From: an uncultured Phycisphaerales bacterium
GTDB lineage: Bacteria; Planctomycetota; Phycisphaerae; Tepidisphaerales; Tepidisphaeraceae
DNA length: 64,000 nt
Assembly (NCBI GenBank): GCA_963844715.1
Contig: CAWJPJ010000007.1
Location: 736,001 to 800,000, forward strand
Reading direction: 5' to 3'
The notes beneath the pieces were generated by a model, which was not told the DNA's origin, did not search any database, and worked only from the letters and a program-made list of their open reading frames with translations. The translations under genes and the position numbers were made by a program. This document shows positions 54,671 through 62,915 of this stretch, in pieces. Within the stretch, counting starts at the first letter, position 1, and every line of letters begins with the position of its first letter.

Positions 54671-54699
54671 GCTGACATCGATAATATATTGCGGAATTC

Positions 54700-55065
54700 A
54701 TGTACCGGCGGTGCGCGATCATTCTGGCATTCCTCATGGGCCTTATGGCCGCCGCCGGCATTACCACGGGAGTCGTCCTTCTCATTTCAAATATCGTCAT
54801 GTTTTGCGAGGGACTTTGGGGAGGGGTGCTCGGCCGTAGCGACCAGTGGTTTTTTGCTCCGGGAGTTGTCGCTGGGATCATCTACGGAACGATATGGGCT
54901 CGATCCGAAGCCAAATTTCAGCGCGAGGAATACTGGACCACCCACGGCCGATGCAAGCATTGCGGATACCAGCTCCGCCGCCTCGGCGAACCCCAATGCC
55001 CCGAATGCGGCTACTGGTTTAAAGACCCCAGACATGACATTCGCGATTTGACCGACGGTCCCTAA
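54700..55065 (+). CDS. Membrane protein with C-terminal zinc ribbon
   Basis: Two TM segments followed by CKHCGYQLRRLGEPQCPECG. Confidence 0.65.
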   Translation: MYRRCAIILAFLMGLMAAAGITTGVVLLISNIVMFCEGLWGGVLGRSDQWFFAPGVVAGIIYGTIWARSEAKFQREEYWTTHGRCKHCGYQLRRLGEPQCPECGYWFKDPRHDIRDLTDGP

Positions 55066-55752
55066 CTTGCGCTGATTCTATTTGCGGGCCCCGCCTCCAT
55101 GCGCCGGGTCTCCAAAAATTTCAGCAAATCATCCATTCCCTTTCCGCTGCGCGAAGAAACTTCCATCACGTTCATCCCCGGCCGCACCGATTGGATATTC
55201 TTCATCGCCGTCGCCCGGTCGAACTGCGTCGCCTCCGCCAGATCGATTTTGCTGATCACGCACACGTCCGCCGTGTTGAAAATCGTCGGATATTTCAGCG
55301 GCTTGTCCTCCCCCTCGGTCACCGAAAATAGCACCAGCCGCAAATCCTCCCCCAGATCGTAACTCGACGGACAAACCAGATTCCCCACGTTCTCTATAAA
55401 TAGATAATCCAATTCCGCCGGCTTCCAATCCCCCAGCGCGCTCTTCACCATTTCCGCTTCCAGATGGCAAATCGTCCCCGTCACGATCTGCCTCACCGGC
55501 GCCCCGCTCCGCGCCAGCCGCTGCGCGTCGTTGTCCGTCGCCAGATCGCCCACCAGCGCCGCCACCCGTCGGCTCTTTCGCAATTCCGTCAAAATCGCCT
55601 CCAGCAGCGCCGTCTTCCCCGACCCCGGGCTCGACACCATGCTCACCACAAAAACTCCCGCCCCATGAAACTGCTCGCGAAGTTCGCGCGACGACATCGT
55701 TTTGCTTCAGCACTTTCTGCCGGACTTCAACCAGCCTTGTTTTCGTCGTCAT
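55062..55752 (-). CDS. hypB: Nickel-insertion GTPase; apparent frameshift ~55690
   Basis: SSPGSGKT, TGTICHLEA, ENVGNLVCP, TEGEDKPLKYP, SKIDL; N-terminus MTTKTRLVEVRQKVLKQND in the adjacent frame. Confidence 0.92.
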
Positions 55753-56094
55753 CGCAAACCTCCATCGCGGTGATCTCCAATTCCCGACCGTGGATGATTT
55801 TCTCCATCGGTGTCCCGCACTCCGCGCAGCAAATCTCCTGCTCCGAAACCGCCGGCTGCTCCTTCCCGCACTTCTGGCAATACCCAACAATAGGCACGTC
55901 TTCGATTTCCAGCACACATTTCGCGAACGGAGTGTTCTCTCGCGCAGCTCAAACGCCGAAATCAGCGCCTCCCGAATCACCCCCGAAAGCGGCCCCACCT
56001 TCAAATGAATCGCCGTCACCTCTGAAAAACTTTGCTGCTTCGCCTGCTCCTCGGCAACATCCAAAATGCTCAAAGCAATCGAAAGTTCGTGCAC
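55727..56094 (-). CDS. hypA: Nickel metallochaperone; apparent frameshift ~55940
   Basis: MHELSIA, VGPLSG, CQKC...CAECG, GRELEI. Confidence 0.92.
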
Positions 56095-56162
56095 AAGTGA
56101 ATTTTACCCGAAATTACGGCGTCCCCCTACGCCAATTGCGACCCGGCATTTCGCCCCGGTCT

Positions 56163-57674
56163 TTATTTCGCGTCATCAACCGCCATCGCCCGAGGCGCCT
56201 GATGCTTGTGTGGAGCAACTCCCACATGCACCAGCAAATCCTGCGGCTTCACCTTCCGCCCATACTCGCTGGCCCGCCGCATCGAATACTGCACTTCCCT
56301 GAAATGGTCGGCATAAAACCGATCCACGTTGTACGCCTTGGAAAACTTAAACAGCATGCGCAGGAAATTCGTCTGCCCGCGCATAAGCTGCCCCGCCAGA
56401 ATTCGCGAAACCGCGACCGCCGTCTTCCACCCCATGAATTTCCGGTTGATGATCTCCTGCGTCTTCACCAGCTCCTCATAAAACTCCCGCAGCGGCAGCT
56501 TCGTTTCCATCACCGCATGCTGAATGTCATAAAGCCGGTAATCCAGACTGCTCAGCTCCCGCGATTCCGTGTGGAACAATTCCGTCCCCGGATACGGCGT
56601 CGCCACCGTCAGATGCACCACCTCCGGCACCTTCGTCGCCCATTCCTGCGCCCGCTGGAAATGCTCCCGCGACCACGAAGGATCGGTGATCAGATTGATC
56701 GCCACGTTGATCCCTAGCTTCCGCGCGACTTCCAAAGCCTCAAAATTCTGATTCGGCGTCGTCCGCTTGCGGAACATTTTCAATTGCTCCGCGTCCAGCG
56801 ATTCCAACCCCAGAAACATGTACGTCAACCCCAGCTTCGCCCACCGCGCAAAAACTTCCTGGTTCCGAATCAGTACGTCGCACCGCGTTTCCAGGTAATA
56901 GCGCTTGCGAATTCCCCGCCGTTCGATCTCATCGGCGATCGCCATCCCATGATCCGGATGAATAAACGCCACATCATCGACGATGAAGACATTCGGCTCC
57001 CGAATCGTGCGCATCTCTTCGGCGACAACCGCCGGATCGGCCTGCCGATAGCTTCGTCCATAAAACGTCCACGCGCTGCAAAACGAGCAATCCCACGGGC
57101 ACCCGCGCGAAAATTCGATGCTCGCGCAAGGGTCCAGCTCTCCAATGAAATATTTCCGCCGCTTGCGAGTCAGGTGCCGGGCCGGCCGGCTGGTGTTCAA
57201 ATCCGTCATCATCTGCGCTCGCGGCCCAGACCCCGCCGCCGTCGCCACACCCGCCAGCCCGTCCACTTGCGGCACGCGCTCCAGCATCTTGGGAACGGTT
57301 ATTTCCCCCTCCCCCTGAACGATTGCATCGATCGCCCCATCCCCATGACGGAGAACTTCCTCCGCGATAAAGCTGATGCTATGCCCCCCGCAAAAGATGA
57401 AGCACCGCGGATTCCTCTTCCGCGCCAGTTTCGCCAGATCAATCACCTCCGGCACATTCGCGAGATAATTGACGCTGAACCCAATCGCGTCCGGCCCAAA
57501 CGCCGCGATCTCCCGCTCAAAATCCCGCTGCCGAAAGACCTGCAAATCCAGCAGGCGCACTTCATGCCCCGCCCGCTCCACCGCCCCGGCCACGCACTCC
57601 ATGCCCAGCGGCTCAAGACGAAGATAGACTTCGGAATACAGCAGGGCACTTGGGTGCACCAGCATGACCTTCAT
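56163..57674 (-). CDS. hpnR: Hopanoid C-3 methylase (B12-dependent radical SAM)
   Basis: VHPS...VYLRLEPLG.E, YLANVPEV, RGCPWDCSFC, YYLETR, TPYPGTE, DYRLYDIQHAV; these match HpnR motifs as I recall them. Confidence 0.85.
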   Translation of the reverse strand: MKVMLVHPSALLYSEVYLRLEPLGMECVAGAVERAGHEVRLLDLQVFRQRDFEREIAAFGPDAIGFSVNYLANVPEVIDLAKLARKRNPRCFIFCGGHSISFIAEEVLRHGDGAIDAIVQGEGEITVPKMLERVPQVDGLAGVATAAGSGPRAQMMTDLNTSRPARHLTRKRRKYFIGELDPCASIEFSRGCPWDCSFCSAWTFYGRSYRQADPAVVAEEMRTIREPNVFIVDDVAFIHPDHGMAIADEIERRGIRKRYYLETRCDVLIRNQEVFARWAKLGLTYMFLGLESLDAEQLKMFRKRTTPNQNFEALEVARKLGINVAINLITDPSWSREHFQRAQEWATKVPEVVHLTVATPYPGTELFHTESRELSSLDYRLYDIQHAVMETKLPLREFYEELVKTQEIINRKFMGWKTAVAVSRILAGQLMRGQTNFLRMLFKFSKAYNVDRFYADHFREVQYSMRRASEYGRKVKPQDLLVHVGVAPHKHQAPRAMAVDDAK

Positions 57675-57840
57675 AGCAATCACTCACATTTTCTAAGCGA
57701 TGAAAAATCAACCCGCGCGGAATGCACCCCGGCATCCTAACCGAGGTTCATTCAGATTTGAATGGTATATCTTGGCCGCCCGGCTGCCCCCTGAAGATCT
57801 GCGGCGATATCCCCAAAACTTCGCTTGGATTCACCTTAAA

Positions 57841-57914
57841 TGGGCGATACAGGGCTCGAACCTGTGACCCCCAGCGTGTCATGCTGGTGCGCTAGCCAAC
57901 TGCGCCAATCGCCC
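57841..57914 (-). tRNA. trnV: tRNA-Val (GAC)
   Basis: GGGCGATTGGCGCAGTTGGCTAGCGCA-CCAGC ATGACAC GCTGG-GGGTC-ACAGG TTCGAGC CCTGT-ATCGCCCA cloverleaf; CCA not encoded. Confidence 0.95.
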
Positions 57915-57950
57915 GAGATTTCCCGATGCTAGCCCCCCCGACCCCTTCCA

Positions 57951-58925
57951 TCAAGTCGAACTTGCCTGAATCACTGCATCTCGCCGCCGCAGCGGCAAAA
58001 CCGCCCAAAAAACCATCCCCCCCAAACAATTCAACAGCCCCAAAATCATGCTCGTACTCCACCCATAGCTATGCCCCCCCAAATGCAATTGCCAGATCGG
58101 CGGCTCGACGCGAATCAACTCCAACACAAACCTTCCCAATCCCTCCAAAATCAGCATCAGCGCAAACACTCTCCCAGCCACATGCGGCAGCGAAAAATAC
58201 GCGATCAATAAACCCGCCAGCAAAAACGCCGTGATCGAACTGTAAATCTCCGCCGGATGCACCGGCAGCGCCCGCGAATCCTCCGCCATCGTCTGTAGCG
58301 CCGAGTTCGATTGAATTGTTTGGCCATGCGGCGCAAGCAGTGTCATTCTTCCAGCCGCATCCTGCCACACCAGCGGCGGCGGGGCGCTATCTCCCCTTTT
58401 TCAAATTGCTCCACATACGCGTTGCTGTCGTACGGAAACCGCACCGCCCACGGCAAATCGCACCGCTCCCCATAGCAACACCCATTCATAAAACACCCGA
58501 TCCGCCCCAGCCCCAATCCGATCATCAGCACCGGCGCCACGATATCCATCCCCACCAGCACCGGTATTCGGTTCCGGATCGCGTAAGCGATGCACGCCGG
58601 CGTCGCCAGCAAAAAACCCCCGTAAAACGTCAGACCGCCCGAGCGCGTGTTGACGATATTGGCCAGATTCTGCCAGACGCTCAGGTCGCCGCGGGTATAT
58701 TCGCCCAGGTTTTCGATCACATGACAAAGCCGCGCTCTCGATGATCCCCGTGATCATTGCCACCGCCGCCGCCCCGCTGAAAAGCTCCGGCTTGATCCCC
58801 GCGAATTTCCCCAGCCATTGCCCCGTCTTCACGCAAGCCAGATACGCCACCACCAGCATGACCCCGTATCCGTAGACCGGAATCACATGCCCAAACAAAT
58901 GCAATCGCAAAACTTCCTGCAACAT
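57951..58925 (-). CDS. lgt: Prolipoprotein diacylglyceryl transferase; apparent frameshifts ~58740 and ~58383
   Basis: YGYGVM, GGLTFYGG, GRIGCFMNGCCYG, VHPAEIYS, GRFVLELIR. Confidence 0.9.
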
Positions 58926-59045
58926 AGATCGGAGATTCTACGAATAATATCCAAACCGCGCGCCCCTCTTATCCCCTCTCCCTGTCTTCCGCTAGTTTCG
59001 GCACGACGGGTGAGGGGCCAGGGCGAAAATCAATTACGATCTGTA

Positions 59046-59423
59046 TTACTCGCCCAACGTCGCCTGATCGATCGTCTCAATCGCCTGATTCCGCTCATTC
59101 ACAATCACCACGCGCGACGTATGCTTCTCGATCTTGTCCGCCTCGGCCAGCACGAAACTCATAATGATCACTTTATTCCCCACCCGGCAAAGCCGCGCCG
59201 CCGCCCCGTTGATTCCGATGATACCGCTCCCGCGCTCCCCGGGAATCACATAAGTCTCAAACCGATTCCCATTCTCGCAATCCGCGACCATCACCGCCTC
59301 ATTCGGCAGCAGCCCGCTGGCCGCGAGCAGATCCCGATCGATGGTCACGCTTCCGTGATAATTCGCATCCGTCATCGTAACCGTCGCCCGGTGAATTTTG
59401 GCTTTCAGGAGCTTAATCAGCAT
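59046..59423 (-). CDS. panD: Aspartate 1-decarboxylase
   Basis: LKAKIHRATVT..YHGSVTID, NGNRFETY, INGAAAR. Confidence 0.95.
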   Translation of the reverse strand: MLIKLLKAKIHRATVTMTDANYHGSVTIDRDLLAASGLLPNEAVMVADCENGNRFETYVIPGERGSGIIGINGAAARLCRVGNKVIIMSFVLAEADKIEKHTSRVVIVNERNQAIETIDQATLGE

Positions 59424-59532
59424 GGAAATGCAATTGTAGGGCCAACCCCCAGCCGATGACAGACCCACGCTTTACAAGCCGCTTGTCCCTTTATAATTGC
59501 AAGAAACCCGCCCTGCGGCCGATGATTGCGGC

Positions 59533-60275
59533 ATGGGGACGGGCCAACTATCTCAAATCCAATGCCCCCCTGCGGCAAGCGATTTCCCTGGTCGGAAAAA
59601 ATCGCCGGACGAAACGTCCGCTGCCCCTGCGGGAAGGTATTTACCTGCCCCGATACCTTGCCCCAACACGAAGAAGATTCCTACGACCTCGCCGAAGAGC
59701 CAAAGCATAATCCCGCGCCGCCCGTTCAAAAAATCGCGCCATCTGTGCAACCCCTCGCCTATGCCACTCCGCAAAAAAACGCACAGCCGGCGGTCGACAA
59801 TTCCGAAGCGCTCAAAAATATTTATCTTCCCCTCTGGCTGCTCGGCGGAGGAATGGCGGTCGAAATCATCTGGGCCGTTCTCCAATCACGCCAAAATTTC
59901 CCCTCCGCCATGCTCGACCTCGGCGTCGGCGTAATCGGCACCTCGGCCATCATGCTGGTCGGCGTCCTCATCGCCGCCAAACTCCGCAACATAAATCTGG
60001 GCACTCTGCCGAGCGCGATGTTGAAACTATTGGCGATCTCAATCGCCACCACCGCCGTCTTCCACATCATCGCGCCGTTCCTCGTCATCGTCCCCAGTGT
60101 CTATTTCCTCCCCCTCGGCCAATTAGCCGGCGCCGGCGCCGAATTTTGTCTCTTTTTCGCGCCGATGGGCGTGCTCTTCGATCTGGACGAAAGCGATACG
60201 TGGTATTTCATCAGGATCATCGCCCTGATCGGAATCGGCATGTATTTCGTGAGGTATTTTGCGTCTGGGGCGTAA
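59533..60275 (+). CDS. Zinc-ribbon plus multi-TM membrane protein; probable indel ~59570
   Basis: IQCP(x)CGKRF..VRCPCG, acidic YDLAE linker, about 5 TM segments. Confidence 0.65.
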
Positions 60276-60286
60276 GATCGAGTCCC

Positions 60287-60550
60287 ATGACGCAAACTCT
60301 ACCCAAATCGCATTCCACTGACGTGAAAATGTGGCTCGATTGCGGCGAGCATGGAATGGTGCCCCTCAGTCGAATTACGCCCACTTCGGTCGTCGCCAGG
60401 ATCTCAAAGGATATTCCTCCCTGCGACGCAAAATTGGTCGTTACCGTCGACGGCTATCGAATGCAGAACCGGATCAGGCTTTCCGAGGGGTTTCGAAAAG
60501 GACGCCGCACCGCGGTGGCCCTCCCCATCGACGATATCGCTCCGTTTTAG
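60287..60550 (+). CDS. Small hypothetical protein
   Basis: ATG 60287 in ORF 60146-60550, directly after the upstream gene; no recognised family. Confidence 0.45.
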   Translation: MTQTLPKSHSTDVKMWLDCGEHGMVPLSRITPTSVVARISKDIPPCDAKLVVTVDGYRMQNRIRLSEGFRKGRRTAVALPIDDIAPF

Positions 60551-60585
60551 GGCGTCAAAATCACATTATCGATCAGCGGACTATT
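60547..60585. repeat. Direct-repeat copy of the panC 3' end (partner 61326-61364)
   Basis: Core AGGGCGTCAAAATCACATTATC(G/A)ATCAGC, 28/29 identical at 60549-60577 and 61328-61356. Confidence 0.9.
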
Positions 60586-60610
60586 ACGAAGCAGTTTGAA
60601 TGCATAGTCA

Positions 60611-60998
60611 CTATCTTGAGTTTTGAACAAGCGGCAACAACGCGTCGTGCAAGCGATTCGCGATCGCCATGGCGCGAGAAGCGACCTCTCGGTCCGCCCA
60701 TTGGCCCGGATATCCGTAGATCACCGAGGCCATAGTCAGAAACTGAAGTTCGGCCTCGTCCCAATTCCATACGGGCATGACCGTGCCAAACATCCGGCTG
60801 AGTTGCACCAAGTCATGACTCTTTTGGGGCAAGGTTTCTCGATCGATCAGCGCGCCTTTGATTAGCTTTTCAACCGATTGCTGGCTCAAGAAGCACATCA
60901 AATCCCAATTTGCGGTCTCTCCCCGCTCAATTTCTAAGTGCGGCGGATTTCAAGTCGTTGGCCGCTTTAGCCAGCCACTCGCGCACGACTTCGGTCAT
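60611..60998 (-). CDS. HEPN-domain protein; apparent frameshift ~60945
   Basis: MTEVVREWLAKAANDL.SA joined to CFLSQQSVEKLIKG..KSHDLVQL..YPG; start overlaps the MNT gene. Confidence 0.8.
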
Positions 60999-61299
60999 AG
61001 AGCACTCGTCCCCTGTCCAGAGCCTCGCGCACGAGCGGGTCAAATTCCTCGTATCGCTTCACCAGTTCGGCTGGCCTTAGAAGTATTAGATCGACAGCGA
61101 ATTTCGGCCGGACCGCCGACCAAATCGATAACCCCTGGTCGATCGCCCGTCCTTGGAAATCCATGACGATCAGCAAATCCACATCCGAGTTCGCCTGAGC
61201 CGTCCCGTTGCTGTGTGATCCAAAGAGCACAATCTTTTCCGCGGCGAATCGAGCTCCGATATCGTCGGCCAATTTCTGGATATCCGGCAGCGGAATCAT
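60967..61299 (-). CDS. Minimal nucleotidyltransferase (MNT antitoxin-like)
   Basis: LFGS-X10-DVD motif, VDL, G.VLY. Confidence 0.88.
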   Translation of the reverse strand: MIPLPDIQKLADDIGARFAAEKIVLFGSHSNGTAQANSDVDLLIVMDFQGRAIDQGLSIWSAVRPKFAVDLILLRPAELVKRYEEFDPLVREALDRGRVLYDRSRARVAG

Positions 61300-61325
61300 G
61301 TCCACATTATACTCAGGAACCGACC

Positions 61326-62195
61326 TCAGGGCGTCAAAATCACATTATCAATCAGCCGAGTATTCCCCACCCGCGCCGCCACCGCCAATAGCGTCGGCGC
61401 CATCGCGATTTGTACATCCTTCAGCGTCAGCGCATCCACCGCCGCGATGTAGTCGATCGACACGTGAATTTTCCCCAGCGTCCCCGCGTCCAGGAGACTC
61501 TTCTTCACCGTCGCCACCAGCCGGTTCGTCTGCCGAACCCCTCTATCGAATTCCTCCCGCGCCGCGAACAATCCCCGGCTGATCGACAGCGCCCGCTGCC
61601 TCTCGTCGGCCGATAAATACTGGTTTCGGCTGCTCATCGCCAATCCGTCGCTCTCCCGAAACGTCGGACAAGCCACAATCTCGATCGGCCAATTCAGCGT
61701 TTCCGTCATCGCCTGCAAAACCCGCAGCTGCTGATAATCCTTCTGCCCAAAGCACGCCACGTCCGGCTCCACGATGTTGAACAGCTTCGCCACCACCTGG
61801 CAAACCCCCTTGAAATGATTCGGCCGAATCCGCCCCTCCAGCATCCCCGTCAGCGGCGGAATATCCAAATGCACGAGTTCCGCCGGCGTCTCCGACAATC
61901 CCCCGCCCGGATACATCTCCTCCACCGAGGGATTGAATACCATCTCCACTCCCGCCCCCCGGCATTTCTCCAAATCCCCCTCCAGCGGCCGGGGATACCG
62001 CACAAAATCCTCCTTCGGCCCAAACTGCGTCGGATTCACAAATATGCTCACCGCCACATGCTCCGCGCGCTTTTTCGCAATCTCAACGAGCGAAAGATGC
62101 CCCGCATGCAAAGCCCCCATCGTCGGCACCAGCGCCAACCGCCCCAGCTTGGAACGCTCCTCCCGACAGCCGGCAATAGTGGTTGTGACGATCAT
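61326..62195 (-). CDS. panC: Pantoate--beta-alanine ligase
   Basis: VPTMGALHAGH, SIFVNPTQF, FGQKDYQQ, DGLAMSSRN, RLIDN. Confidence 0.96.
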   Translation of the reverse strand: MIVTTTIAGCREERSKLGRLALVPTMGALHAGHLSLVEIAKKRAEHVAVSIFVNPTQFGPKEDFVRYPRPLEGDLEKCRGAGVEMVFNPSVEEMYPGGGLSETPAELVHLDIPPLTGMLEGRIRPNHFKGVCQVVAKLFNIVEPDVACFGQKDYQQLRVLQAMTETLNWPIEIVACPTFRESDGLAMSSRNQYLSADERQRALSISRGLFAAREEFDRGVRQTNRLVATVKKSLLDAGTLGKIHVSIDYIAAVDALTLKDVQIAMAPTLLAVAARVGNTRLIDNVILTP

Positions 62196-62223
62196 GCGGG
62201 CCGAAATGTAACCGCGGTACACG

Positions 62224-62345
62224 GAAACCAGAAATCCGAAACCAGAAACTCGAATCAAACCAGAATGCTCAAATGCCTAAACGGCCCTTGGCTCATTCCG
62301 TCATTCGGGTTTGATTCTGATTTCGGGTTTCTGGATTCGGATTTC
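62224..62345. repeat. Palindromic heptamer-repeat element (GAAACCA/GAAATCC type, ~122 bp)
   Basis: Left arm GAAACCAGAAATCCGAAACCAGAAACTCGAATCAAACC; right-arm reverse complement GAAATCCGAATCCAGAAACCCGAAATCAGAATCAAACC. Confidence 0.8.
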
Positions 62346-62432
62346 CATCAATTTTAAGCGAATTATCCTTGTCCAAATGGTCGTATACGGGATATCGTTT
62401 TAATAGCGCTGCGGTTTCACTTAGGAGGTCTT

Positions 62433-62891
62433 ATGAACCTGCAGATGTATCTCGATCAAATGGGTGTTCACTATTCCGTATCCCGGCATCCCTCGGTTTA
62501 CACCGCTCAAGCCCTGGCCGAGGTCGAGCATGTCTCCGGCCGTCAGGTCATCAAGCCGGTTGTCGTGCGGGCGGACGGGCGCTTCATCCTCTGCGCTCTG
62601 CCCGCATGCTATCGACTCGATCTGGCAAAGGTGCGTGACTTGCTCCATGCCGATGCCGTCTCGCTGGTTCCGGAATCCACCCTCGGCGATCTTTTCCCCG
62701 GCTGCGAACTCGGCGCCGAGCCCCCGATCGGGCGCATGTTCGGCCTGGAAACTTTCGTCGACACCGCCGTCATCGCGGACGAGCGTGTCGTCTTCCAGGC
62801 CGGCACCCATCAGGATTCGGTGACCATGAAATTGGCCGATTACCGCCGGATCGCCCAGCCGCACATCGCCGAGATCAGCTACCCCGCGTAG
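62433..62891 (+). CDS. YbaK/ProX aminoacyl-tRNA deacylase family protein
   Basis: H..VYTAQALA..VIKPVV..FPGCELGAEPPIG..FQAGTH; AGGAGG RBS. Confidence 0.85.
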   Translation: MNLQMYLDQMGVHYSVSRHPSVYTAQALAEVEHVSGRQVIKPVVVRADGRFILCALPACYRLDLAKVRDLLHADAVSLVPESTLGDLFPGCELGAEPPIGRMFGLETFVDTAVIADERVVFQAGTHQDSVTMKLADYRRIAQPHIAEISYPA

Positions 62892-62915
62892 CCCGGCGAG
62901 CCGTAGGCCGCCGCT

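Noticed and set aside
55129..56094. HypA-HypB fusion ORF
   Set aside because: Produced by two indels; separate HypA and HypB reconstruct normally.
57684..57914. tRNA-Val as the attachment site of an island carrying hpnR-hypAB
   Set aside because: No integrase and no duplicated tRNA 3' end seen in the window.
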